Source: Escherichia coli | GTDB lineage: Bacteria; Pseudomonadota; Gammaproteobacteria; Enterobacterales; Enterobacteriaceae | NCBI RefSeq assembly: GCF_001677475.2 | Contig: NZ_CP015229.1 | DNA length: 64,000 nt | Reading direction: 5' to 3' (one strand) | Shown here: positions 55,609 to 64,000 of the stretch, one piece after another | Numbering within the stretch: the first letter of the stretch is position 1 | How the letters are laid out: each line of letters opens with the position of its first letter | The notes under the pieces: model-generated | Seen by the model: only the letters and a program-made list of their open reading frames with translations | The model's database searches: none | What the model was told of the DNA's origin: nothing | Made by a program: the position numbers and the translations under genes

Positions 55609-56754
55609 ATGAAGAAATTAATCGAACTCCGCCAGCAAAAAACCGCCCTGAAAAACCAGATGCGATCCCTGCTGGAAAAAGCCGACAGTGAAAACCGCAG
55701 CCTGAACGATGACGAAGGCAAACAGTTTGATGAACTGCGTGCAAAAGCCGATTCCCTCGACACAGAAATCTCCCGTCTTGAAGCTGTTGCGGATGAAGAA
55801 CGTAACCAGCCAGGTGTTTGCGTCGAAGAGAAAATTACCAAAGACGAACTGCGCTCTTACATTCTGACCGGGGAAACCCGCAACCTGTCCGGCAGTGTTC
55901 CGGCTGATGGTGGTTATACGGTTATCCCGGAACTGAACAGAGAAATTATGCGTCAGCTTTCTGATGAATCGGTGATGCGTAAAATCTGTACTGTTAAAAC
56001 CATTCACAGCAATGAATTTAAGCAACTGGTTTCTGCCGGGGGCGCGGTCGTTGAACACGGTGAAGAAGGCACTACACGTAACCAGACGGCAACCCCAAAA
56101 CTGAATGAAGTCAGTATCCGCCTGTATCCGATCTACGCTTACCCGAAAACCACTCAGGAAATTATCGATTTTTCCGAAGTCGATATTATGGGCTGGTTAT
56201 CTTCTGAAATTGGCGACACTTTCGTTGATACCGAAGAAACGGATCTGGTTTCTGGTGATGGCGAGAAAAAAGCTAAAGGTTTCCTGGCTTTTCCGCGCAC
56301 TGAGGATAACGACAAAACCCGTCCTTTCGGTACGCTCCAGACGAAAAAAGTTACTGGCAGTCTTAGCGCCGACATGCTGATTGACCTGAAATTTACGCTG
56401 CGCAATAAGTACCGCAAAAAAGCTGTATGGGTGATGAACTCAAATACAGCCGCCTCCGCACAAAAACTGAAAAATGCCACTGGTGATTACATCTGGCGCG
56501 ATCGTTTACAGGCTGGTGATCCTGATTCTCTGCTGGGGCTTCCGGTTGAATATCTGGAATTTATGCCGGACGGTGTGATTGCAGTAGGTGACTTTAAGCG
56601 CGGTTATTTCATCGTTGACCATGAAACCGGTACGCGTACCCGTCCGGATTTCAGCGAACCTGGATTCATTAACATCTATACCCAGAAATATCTGGGCGGT
56701 GGTGTGGTGGATTCGAACGCCATCAAGATTCTGGAAATTCAGGCTGGCAAGTAA
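55609..56754 (+). CDS. HK97-family major capsid protein (with N-terminal delta/scaffold domain)
   Basis: 381 aa with an N-terminal coiled coil and then a capsid fold. The gene order capsid-protease-portal supports the call. Confidence 0.85.
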   Translation: MKKLIELRQQKTALKNQMRSLLEKADSENRSLNDDEGKQFDELRAKADSLDTEISRLEAVADEERNQPGVCVEEKITKDELRSYILTGETRNLSGSVPADGGYTVIPELNREIMRQLSDESVMRKICTVKTIHSNEFKQLVSAGGAVVEHGEEGTTRNQTATPKLNEVSIRLYPIYAYPKTTQEIIDFSEVDIMGWLSSEIGDTFVDTEETDLVSGDGEKKAKGFLAFPRTEDNDKTRPFGTLQTKKVTGSLSADMLIDLKFTLRNKYRKKAVWVMNSNTAASAQKLKNATGDYIWRDRLQAGDPDSLLGLPVEYLEFMPDGVIAVGDFKRGYFIVDHETGTRTRPDFSEPGFINIYTQKYLGGGVVDSNAIKILEIQAGK

Positions 56755-56760
56755 TGAGCA

Positions 56761-56785
56761 AAGGGGGCTTCGGCCTCCTTTTTCA
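56761..56785 (+). terminator. hairpin plus T-run after capsid gene (attenuator)
   Basis: AAGGGGGC-TTCG-GCCTCCTT followed by TTT. Confidence 0.55.
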
Positions 56786-56803
56786 GCTTTATGGAGTACA
56801 CCG

Positions 56804-57364
56804 ATGAAAAACACCGATTTTGAAATCCGTACATCTGAACTGACCGCCAGCGATAAAAAACTGGTGGGTTATGCCGTTCGCTGGAACAGCCTTTCAGAAA
56901 TTATTTGGGACGAATTCCGCGAACAGTTCACGCCGGGGGCTTTTGCTGACTATCTGGCGGCGGGTAATGATGTGCGCTGCCTGTATGAGCATGACTATAC
57001 CCGACTGCTGGGGCGCACCAAATCCGGAACACTGGTACTGACTGAGGACAACACCGGGCTACGTTTTGAACTGACACCGCCTGATACCCAGCTTGGAAAA
57101 GATGTGCTTACGCTGGTGGAGCGTGGCGACATTACAGGAATGAGCTTTGGCTTTCGCGCATTATGCGAAGAGTGGAATATCGCGCAAAAACCGTATCTGC
57201 GCACTGTTACCGCCGCAGAACTCCGTGAAATCACGATAACGTCGATGCCTGCTTATCCCGAATCTGGCGTGGAGATTGCCCACCGTTCGTTGTTTGCACA
57301 GCACCCTGAATTACGCCCGGCAGGAAATAATCGTCATCGCTGGGCTGAACTGGCGGGGTTGTGA
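56804..57364 (+). CDS. HK97-family prohead protease
   Basis: 186 aa from MKNTDFEIRTSELTASDKKLVGYAVRWNS...YEHD...GMSFGF. Confidence 0.85.
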   Translation: MKNTDFEIRTSELTASDKKLVGYAVRWNSLSEIIWDEFREQFTPGAFADYLAAGNDVRCLYEHDYTRLLGRTKSGTLVLTEDNTGLRFELTPPDTQLGKDVLTLVERGDITGMSFGFRALCEEWNIAQKPYLRTVTAAELREITITSMPAYPESGVEIAHRSLFAQHPELRPAGNNRHRWAELAGL

Positions 57365-57365
57365 T

Positions 57366-58580
57366 ATGTGGTGGCCTTTTAGTCGTAAAAAAAGCGATCT
57401 GCGTAACCTGTCCATTGATGATTTTCTGGCGCTGTCCGGCGTACCGAATACCGGATCCGGAGAATATGTTTCTGCCGGGACGGCTGAATCATTGCCTGCT
57501 GTGATGAACGCGGTTTCTGTCATCGCTGAGGCGGTGGCCACGATGCCGTGTTATCTGTATCTGGTACGCAATGATAAGGGCAGGGAGGCGCGGGAGTGGC
57601 TGGACAGTCATCCGGTCGATATTCTGCTGAATGAGCAGCCTAATTCGTGCCAGACACCTTACCAGTTTAAACGCACAATGATGCGTCACTGCCTGCTGAA
57701 CGGTAACGCCTATGCGGTTATTGAGTGGGGGCGGGACGGTCAGCCAAAATCACTTCATCCTTATGCGCCGGGGTGTGTTGTACCGGAACGCACTGGCGCG
57801 CACAAATACCGCTATACCATCACCGAACCCTATACAGGAACGGTGCGCACGTATTTACAGGAAGAAGTCCTGCATCTCCGCTATGCCTCGGATGATGGCT
57901 TTCTGGGACGTTCCCCCGTCACGATTTGCCGTGAGGCGCTGGGGCTTGGCCTTGCTCAACAGCGTCACGGAGCCAGCATTATGAAAGATGGCATGATGGC
58001 GGCAGGGATTATCACGTCAGGCGAATGGCTGGACGGTGTGAAAGGTAAACAGGCATTAGACGCCCTGGAACGCTACAAGGGGGCGAAAAATGCCGGAAAA
58101 ACGCCAATCCTTGAAGGGGGCATGGATTACAAGCAACTGGGGATGAGTAACCAGGATGCGGAATGGCTGGCCTCCCGTCGCTTCTCCATTGAAGACATCG
58201 CCCGGATGTTCAACGTGTCGCCGATTTTTCTTCAGGAATACAGCAACAGCACCTACAGCAATTTCAGTGAGGCAAGCCGCGCGTTTCTGACCATGACAAT
58301 GCGCCCATGGCTGGCGAACTTCGAACAGCAAATTAAGGCCGCTTTGCTGGTGGCTTCTCCCGTACCTGGTACCCGTTATCTGGTTGAGTTTGATTCAGCC
58401 GATTTACTGCGCGCTACTCCAACCGAGCGTTACGCCACGTATGAGAAAGGGATTAAGAACGGGATCATGAATCCGAACGAAGCCCGCGAACGTGAGGGGA
58501 TGCCGCCGCGTGAAGGTGGCGACGAATTCAGCCAGGCATGGAAGCAGACGGTGGAAATTAAAGGTGAAAAAGATGAGTGA
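57366..58580 (+). CDS. HK97-family portal protein
   Basis: 404 aa from MWWPFSRKKS. It is homologous to the prophage portal at 63049. Confidence 0.85.
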   Translation: MWWPFSRKKSDLRNLSIDDFLALSGVPNTGSGEYVSAGTAESLPAVMNAVSVIAEAVATMPCYLYLVRNDKGREAREWLDSHPVDILLNEQPNSCQTPYQFKRTMMRHCLLNGNAYAVIEWGRDGQPKSLHPYAPGCVVPERTGAHKYRYTITEPYTGTVRTYLQEEVLHLRYASDDGFLGRSPVTICREALGLGLAQQRHGASIMKDGMMAAGIITSGEWLDGVKGKQALDALERYKGAKNAGKTPILEGGMDYKQLGMSNQDAEWLASRRFSIEDIARMFNVSPIFLQEYSNSTYSNFSEASRAFLTMTMRPWLANFEQQIKAALLVASPVPGTRYLVEFDSADLLRATPTERYATYEKGIKNGIMNPNEAREREGMPPREGGDEFSQAWKQTVEIKGEKDE

Positions 58581-58872
58581 AGAAAAAATTACACCTGATG
58601 AAGTCAGGGCACATCTTCGCCTTGATGACTTTTCCGGAGAGGGCGAACTTCTGAAAATGTATACCGATGCGGCGCTGGAAGCCTGCCAGAAGCATATCGG
58701 GAAACGTTTTGAAGACGGCCTGGAATTTACCCCGGCAATACGTGTTGGTTGCCTGATGTACATTGCTTTCCTGTACGAGAACAGGGAAGCGGTTTCACCT
58801 GTGGAGCAGTCTGAACTGCCTATGGCTATTTCTGCGCTCTGGTCGGTTTATCGTGATGTGGGGGTGTACTGA
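58573..58872 (+). CDS. gp6-like head-tail connector
   Basis: 99 aa from MSEEKITPDEVRAHLRLDD. Confidence 0.7.
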   Translation: MSEEKITPDEVRAHLRLDDFSGEGELLKMYTDAALEACQKHIGKRFEDGLEFTPAIRVGCLMYIAFLYENREAVSPVEQSELPMAISALWSVYRDVGVY

Positions 58873-59312
58873 TGCCGTGGCAACCATTAAGGCGATGCAC
58901 TGAGCCGGGCTGTAATAAGCGCGTGAAGTCCGGCAAGTGTGAAGAGCACAGGCGGGCTGCATGGCGTGCAGAGGATGCCAGACGGGGACACCGCCGCGCG
59001 CGCGGGTATTCCCGACAGTGGGACAAATACCGCGCCCTGTACCTGAGCAAAAACCCGTTATGCGTGCGTTGTCTGGCTAAGGGGATTTATACGCCAGCTC
59101 TTGTGGTGGATCACATCATTCCCATCAATGGCGGCGGTGATGTTCTCTTCTGGCCTGAGTGGAACCACCAGGCATTGTGCCAGACGTGCCACAACCGTAA
59201 GACGACACGGGAAGACCCAGCCACGAAAGCGAACCGTAAGGCGGGCATGTATCGCGAGCAGGAAGAACGGGCGGCACACCGTAACGACTGGATGTATGGC
59301 GATGATGACTGA
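58872..59312 (+). CDS. HNH endonuclease (packaging-associated)
   Basis: 146 aa with CVRC...DHIIPINGGG...CQTCHNRKT. Confidence 0.85.
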   Translation: MPWQPLRRCTEPGCNKRVKSGKCEEHRRAAWRAEDARRGHRRARGYSRQWDKYRALYLSKNPLCVRCLAKGIYTPALVVDHIIPINGGGDVLFWPEWNHQALCQTCHNRKTTREDPATKANRKAGMYREQEERAAHRNDWMYGDDD

Positions 59313-59600
59313 ACATGAGCAAAACAGGCTGATACGTGGACTGATAAGGCAACGTGACTTATGGAAGACACAGGAGACAGGGCACAAAGCCAACAGGACA
59401 GGGCGCACAGAACGCACCACAGCGAAGCGATTAACCGACCGTGACCGCGAGGTCATGGAATGTTTTCGCAATCGCTGGTGAGGCTGTCAGAGGGGGTGGG
59501 GGAGGTTTTCAGGACGAAACCGTCCCTGCCGGACACCGACCGCCTCCTCAAATTTTTGTGCACGGTAATTTTTTTGAAAATAATTGGGCGAAAAAAGAAC

Positions 59601-59957
59601 ATGGCAAGACCACCAAAAGCCCCCGCTTACCTGGATGAAATCGCGGTCAGGCAGTGGAAGGAAAAATCGCGCCAGCTTTCCGTGCGGGAAGACCTTACCC
59701 CCGCCGACTGGAGCAATCTGGAACTGTATTGTGTTAACTACTCCATATACCGCAAAGCCGTCGAAGACCTTGCGACGCGCGGGTTCAGCATTGTTAACAG
59801 TCAGGGCAGCGAGAGCAGAAACCCCGCCCTGAGCGCAAAGGCTGACGCGGAAAGAATAATGATCAAAATGGCTTCTTTGCTGGGTTTTGACCCGGTAAGC
59901 CGCCGCAGAAATCCACCGGAAACAGAGGAAGAGGACGAGCTTGACCGCCTGGCATGA
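59601..59957 (+). CDS. terS: terminase small subunit (P27-type)
   Basis: 118 aa from MARPPKAPAYLDEIAVRQW. Confidence 0.8.
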   Translation: MARPPKAPAYLDEIAVRQWKEKSRQLSVREDLTPADWSNLELYCVNYSIYRKAVEDLATRGFSIVNSQGSESRNPALSAKADAERIMIKMASLLGFDPVSRRRNPPETEEEDELDRLA

Positions 59958-61602
59958 GTACGCAGAAGGCGTAAAAAACGGCAAAATTACGGCCTGTAAA
60001 CGACTGAAACAGGCCGTTAAACGGTATTTTTCTGACCTTGAAAACCCCCTTTACACGTTCGAGCCGGAGGTCGTGGAGCGGTTTATTGCCTTTTCCAGGG
60101 TGTGTCCGCACGTAAAAGGCGCAATGCGCGGTAGCCCCATTGAGCTGGAGCCGTGGCAGCAGTTCGCCTTTGCGTGCATCCTGGGCTTTAAGGTTAAGGC
60201 CACCGGACGGCGCAAATACACCAGCGCATTCATTGAAGTACCGCGTAAAAATGCCAAATCCACGGTCGCCGCTATCCTGGCTAACTGGTTTCTGGTTATG
60301 GAAAACGGGCAGCAGGATATTTACACCGCCGCCGTGAGTCGTGATCAGGCGCGGATCGTGTTTGATGATGCGCGTCAGATGTGCCTTTTATCCCGACCGT
60401 TACGAAAGCGGGTAAATATTCAGGCACACAAGGTGATACACCCGAAAACCAACAGCCTGTTAAAGCCACTGGCAGCAAAAGCGGCAACCATTGAAGGTAC
60501 AAACCCGAGTCTTGCTATTGTGGATGAATATCACCTGCACCCTGACAACGGGGTTTATTCCGCGCTTGAACTGGGAATGGGGGCGCGTCCGGAGGGGTTA
60601 TTATTTGCCATCACCACATCGGGGAGCAACGTTGTTTCAGCCTGTAAACAACACTACGACTATTGCTGCCAGATACTGGATGGTGAAGAGGTGAACGAAT
60701 CCATGTTCGTGCTGATTTACGAGCTGGATGATGAAAGCGAGGTTGACGATCCGGCGATGTGGATAAAGGCGAATCCCAATATCGATGTTTCCGTCGATCG
60801 TGAAAAACTGGCCTCAACCATCCAGAAAGCGCGGGGTATTCCGTCGCAGTGGGTGGAGATGCTCACCAAGCGATTCAATATCTGGTGTCAGGGGGCTACG
60901 CCGTGGATGGGTAACGGTGCATGGGCGGAGTGCGCCGGAACGTTCGCGGAGGCGGATTTATACGGGCAGGAGTGCTACGCGGGGCTGGACTTATCATCAA
61001 CCAGCGATATTTCCAGCGTGTGCTATGCCTTTCCGGTCGGTAAAAAGATTATGCTGGTTTCCCGTCACTATCTGCCGGAATTTCAGCTACAGAACCCCGC
61101 CAATAAAAACCGCGCCATCTATCGCCAGTGGGTAAAGGCGGGCTGGATACGCACAACACCGGGTGACTGCATTGATTATGACCGTATCCGTGATGACATC
61201 ATGGCGGATGCAGAGAATTTCAATATCAGGCTGGTGGGCTTCGATACATGGAACGCCACGCACCTGAGGACGCAGCTACAGGGCGCAGGATTTGAGGTGG
61301 AGCCGTTCCCGCAAACATACCTTCGTTTCAGTCCGGCGGCGAAATCGTTCGAAGTTTTTGTTAACCGGAAGGTGATTGTGCATCGTGGTGATCCGGTGCT
61401 GGCCTGGTCAATGAGTAATGTTGTGATGCAGAGTGACGCGAACGCCAATATCAAGCCGAACAAGAAAAAATCATCCAACAAGATAGACCCGAGCGTTGCG
61501 GCGCTGATGGCGTTTGGCACATTCCAGGCAGAGCATGAGGAATTTGCATTCGATATGAGCGACAGCCACAAAGAGCGGCTTGCGGCGTTTGATGGTGTGT
61601 AA
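59941..61602 (+). CDS. terL: terminase large subunit (intact, satellite copy)
   Basis: 553 aa, colinear with both fragments of the prophage terL. Confidence 0.88.
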   Translation: MTAWHEYAEGVKNGKITACKRLKQAVKRYFSDLENPLYTFEPEVVERFIAFSRVCPHVKGAMRGSPIELEPWQQFAFACILGFKVKATGRRKYTSAFIEVPRKNAKSTVAAILANWFLVMENGQQDIYTAAVSRDQARIVFDDARQMCLLSRPLRKRVNIQAHKVIHPKTNSLLKPLAAKAATIEGTNPSLAIVDEYHLHPDNGVYSALELGMGARPEGLLFAITTSGSNVVSACKQHYDYCCQILDGEEVNESMFVLIYELDDESEVDDPAMWIKANPNIDVSVDREKLASTIQKARGIPSQWVEMLTKRFNIWCQGATPWMGNGAWAECAGTFAEADLYGQECYAGLDLSSTSDISSVCYAFPVGKKIMLVSRHYLPEFQLQNPANKNRAIYRQWVKAGWIRTTPGDCIDYDRIRDDIMADAENFNIRLVGFDTWNATHLRTQLQGAGFEVEPFPQTYLRFSPAAKSFEVFVNRKVIVHRGDPVLAWSMSNVVMQSDANANIKPNKKKSSNKIDPSVAALMAFGTFQAEHEEFAFDMSDSHKERLAAFDGV

Positions 61603-61682
61603 CGGAATGGATGAGAGAGGACAATGCTCATTTAATGGAATAAATTTTCAGTATTACCGGCACCCACTTTCAGGGATGTTTT

Positions 61683-61838
61683 TGCGGGTTATTTGAGGGG
61701 TGTTTGCGGGTTATTTTGAATGTCTTGCGGGTTACATTCTGGCTGATATTTAAATACGTTGTTTTTTTAACGTATTGATATTAAAGAGTAAAAGATAATT
61801 AGCACGCGAAGATAACCCGCTAACCCGCATAACCCGCA
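61683..61838. repeat. TGCGGGTTA array: 3 direct (21-22 nt phasing) plus 3 inverted tandem copies around an AT-rich palindrome
   Basis: Direct copies lie at 61683, 61705 and 61726. Inverted TAACCCGC copies lie at 61813, 61821 and 61830. The palindrome AATACGTT-N8-AACGTATT lies at 61752-61776. Confidence 0.85.
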
Positions 61839-62022
61839 CTGTTTTGTATATATATACGAAAAATTGCATTCAGGGGGGATCGAAATTTCTACTGCCTCTT
61901 ATCTCTTTGAGTGCTCACCTCGTCAGATTGTTACACACAAGAAATAAAAAATGCTTCGCGATGGTAGGTCGAATCACTGTATCAAAAAACGGTGTGTATC
62001 AGCATTAAAACAATACAGATAC

Positions 62023-62043
62023 GTGTATTGCGCTGTGTATTGC
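62023..62043 (+). repeat. tandem GTGTATTGC x2 (putative integrase arm sites, right end)
   Basis: This pair matches the left-end pair at 46846-46868. Confidence 0.6.
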
Positions 62044-62118
62044 TCGATGATTTATAAAGACTGTTTTTTCATGTTAAACGATTGATATACAGACGATTTT
62101 AAAAAGCTTGAAATATTC

Positions 62119-62125
62119 TCACGAA
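62119..62125. repeat. satellite attR core TCACGAA
   Basis: See the attL core. Confidence 0.75.
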
Positions 62126-62855
62126 ACACATGAATGTGTGGGTCACTGCCGAATCGGCCTGGATGGACATGATTAAGTGGGAGAAGTGCGAATACATCGC
62201 TCCACAGCATGAGCTGAAAACGTATCCCATGTGGGTCGGCGTCGACCTTGCACATAAGATTGATATCTGTGCGGCGGCAAAACTCTGGCGAACGGATAAC
62301 GGGCATGTTCATGCCGATTTTAAATTCTGGCTTCCGGAAGGGCGACTGGAACGGTGTTCACGGCAGCAGGCAGAACTTTACCGGAAGTGGGCGGAGATGG
62401 ATAAGCTCATCCTGACGGATGGTGATGTTATCGATCATGCTCAGATAAAAAGTGACTTACTGGAATGGATTGGTGGTGAAAACCTCAGGGAACTGGGATT
62501 TGACCCGTGGAGCGCGATGCAGTTCAGCCTGGCACTGGCTGAAGAAGGGATACCGCTGGTGGAGGTTCCGCAGACGGTCCGCAATCTGTCAGAGGCCATG
62601 AAGGAAACGGAATCACTGGTCTATGCCGGACGTTTCCACCACAGCAATCACCCGGTCATGAACTGGATGATGTCTAACGTTACGGTGAAACCGGACAAAA
62701 ACGACAATATCTTCCCGAATAAATCCACGCCGGAAGCCAAAATCGACGGCCCTGTTGCGATGTTTACAGCAATGAGCCGGATGCTGGTCAATGGCGGTGA
62801 ACCGGAGCCGGATCTGTCTGAACACCTGATCAGTGTTGGTATCCGCTCGCTTTAA
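62126..62855 (+). pseudogene. terL: prophage terminase large subunit, 3' (nuclease) fragment
   Basis: HMNVWVTAESAWMDMIKWEKC... aligns with satellite TerL FNIWCQGATPWMGNGAWAEC. The fragment is in frame with the 5' fragment when joined at the core. Confidence 0.88.
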
Positions 62856-62866
62856 CTGAGGGCATT

Positions 62867-63049
62867 ATGTTTCTGATAATTCTCACGCCACTGGTGGGCG
62901 TGCTGGGGGCGCTTTTGCTGTCGTATGGCACATGGCTGATTTATCCCCCGGCAGGTTTTGTTGTTGCCGGGGGGCTGTGCCTGTGCTGGTCGTGGCTGGT
63001 TGCGCGATATCTCGACCGTACACAGCCGTCTGTCGGCGGAGGTAAATAG
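62867..63049 (+). CDS. small two-TM membrane protein
   Basis: 60 aa, hydrophobic, between terL and portal. Confidence 0.5.
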   Translation: MFLIILTPLVGVLGALLLSYGTWLIYPPAGFVVAGGLCLCWSWLVARYLDRTQPSVGGGK

Positions 63050-64000
63050 TGTTCTTTTCGGGATTATTTCAACGAAAAAGTGACGCGCCGGTGACCACGC
63101 CAGCAGAGCTGGCGGATGCCATCGGGTTGTCCTACGACACCTATACCGGAAAGCAGATCAGCAGTCAGCGGGCCATGCGACTGACGGCGGTGTATTCCTG
63201 TGTCAGGGTGCTGGCTGAGTCTGTTGGTATGCTGCCCTGCAGTCTCTACAAAATCAGCGGCACCCTTAAAACACGGGCGGTGGATGAACGACTGCATAAG
63301 CTGGTTTCGGCAAAACCTAATGGCTACATGACGCCGCAGGAATTCTGGGAACTGGTCATTGTCTGCCTGTGTCTGCGGGGGAATTTTTACGCCTACAAGG
63401 TAAAGGCACTGGGGGAAGTGGTGGAGCTTCTCCCGATAGATCCGGGCTGTGTGGAACCGAAGCTGAACAGCCAGTGGCAGCCGGTTTATCAGGTGACGTT
63501 TCCGGATGGTTCCGTGGATGTGTTGACCCAGGATGAAATCTGGCATGTGCGCACCCTGACGCTGGATGGACTTGTCGGTCTGAATCCCATTGCGTATGCG
63601 CGTGAGGCCATTTCACTGGCAGCGGCAACCGAGGAGCACGGCGCCAGGCTGTTTGGTAACGGCGCTGTGACATCCGGTGTGTTGCGTACAGAACAAAAGC
63701 TCACGCCGGATGCTTATGAGCGCATGAAGAGGGATTTTGAGGAGCGTCATCTTGGGCTGGGTAATGCGCACCGTCCGATGATTCTGGAAATGGGGCTGGA
63801 CTGGAAGCCGGTGGCACTGAATGCCGAGGACAGCCAGTTCCTGGAAACCCGCAAGTTTCAGCTGGAAGAAATCTGTCGCCTGTTCCGCGTTCCGCTGCAT
63901 ATGGTGCAGAACACTGATCGCGCCACCTTCAACAATATTGAAGAGCTGGGGCTTGGCTTCATTAACTATTCCCTTGTGCCGTATCTGACCCGTATTGAAC
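63049..64000 (+). CDS. prophage HK97-family portal protein (runs off right edge)
   Basis: The GTG overlaps the previous stop. The product [15 protein letters not shown]...AMRLTAVYSCVRVLAESVGMLPCSLY is colinear with the satellite portal. It is not in the track because it is open-ended. Confidence 0.8.
   Translation, partial: MFFSGLFQRKSDAPVTTPAELADAIGLSYDTYTGKQISSQRAMRLTAVYSCVRVLAESVGMLPCSLYKISGTLKTRAVDERLHKLVSAKPNGYMTPQEFWELVIVCLCLRGNFYAYKVKALGEVVELLPIDPGCVEPKLNSQWQPVYQVTFPDGSVDVLTQDEIWHVRTLTLDGLVGLNPIAYAREAISLAAATEEHGARLFGNGAVTSGVLRTEQKLTPDAYERMKRDFEERHLGLGNAHRPMILEMGLDWKPVALNAEDSQFLETRKFQLEEICRLFRVPLHMVQNTDRATFNNIEELGLGFINYSLVPYLTRIE

Larger units (their letters stand above)
46717..62125. 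mobile_element. 15.4-kb capsid-forming PICI-like phage satellite nested in prophage terL
   Basis: Direct repeats flank the unit. It has its own integrase, AlpA genes, rep plus ori, and an HK97 head/packaging module, but no tail or lysis genes. Confidence 0.85.
24652..64000. mobile_element. lambdoid prophage integrated at serT (right end beyond window), carrying a nested satellite
   Basis: The tRNA fragment junction is followed by int-xis, early, immunity, replication, Q, lysis and head genes in canonical lambdoid order. Confidence 0.9.

Noticed and set aside
63064-63900. Several minus-strand ORFs of 71-160 aa.
   Set aside because: They are antisense to the open-ended prophage portal gene. 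That gene is colinear with the satellite portal.
24652-64000. IS elements or transposases within the accessory region.
   Set aside because: I saw no DDE, Tnp-like or IS-type ORFs and no terminal inverted repeats. The only nested mobile unit is the integrase-bearing satellite.

Overview
The window has two parts. (1) Positions 1-24.6 kb are ordinary Escherichia coli core chromosome, colinear with the K-12 ycbX-rlmL-uup-pqiABC-rmf-fabA-ycbZ-matP-ompA-sulA-sxy-yccS-yccF-helD-mgsA-yccT-yccU-hspQ-rlmI-yccX-tusE-yccA block. It ends in a 60-nt 3' fragment of tRNA-Ser (serT). (2) From about 24.65 kb to the right edge lies a lambdoid prophage integrated at serT. It carries int/xis, a DEDDh exonuclease, DicB/DicF-like division inhibitors, and a PaaR-PaaA-ParE three-gene TA module inside the immunity region. 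It also has cI-like/Cro-like/YdaT-like regulators, replication genes, an orphan MTase, a second ParDE pair, DUF968, RusA and Q. Downstream of Q come an AraC moron, a 3-tRNA cluster, a TerB-like moron, a phage-21-type pinholin/SAR-endolysin/Rz/Rz1 cassette, and HNH-TerS-TerL-portal. The main finding is that the prophage terL gene is split by a 15,409-bp nested element (46717-62125) flanked by TCACGAA repeats. That element has a P4-type integrase, two AlpA-like genes, a BRO-N protein and an RHH-type switch. It also has two Icd-like genes with long structured leaders, a RepA-like ATPase followed by an iteron origin, SSB, and a PerC-like regulator. One opposite-strand orphan cargo gene follows, then a full HK97-type head/packaging module (capsid, protease, portal, connector, HNH, TerS, TerL). 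It has no tail or lysis genes, so it is a capsid-forming PICI-like phage satellite sitting inside, and inactivating, a prophage. Joining the two terL fragments at the repeat restores an exact 586-codon frame. Other items are a 4-copy Chi cluster, several repeat arrays, candidate sRNAs, and an aberrant tRNA-like gene. All functional calls come from reading the translations and motifs from memory. No database search was possible.
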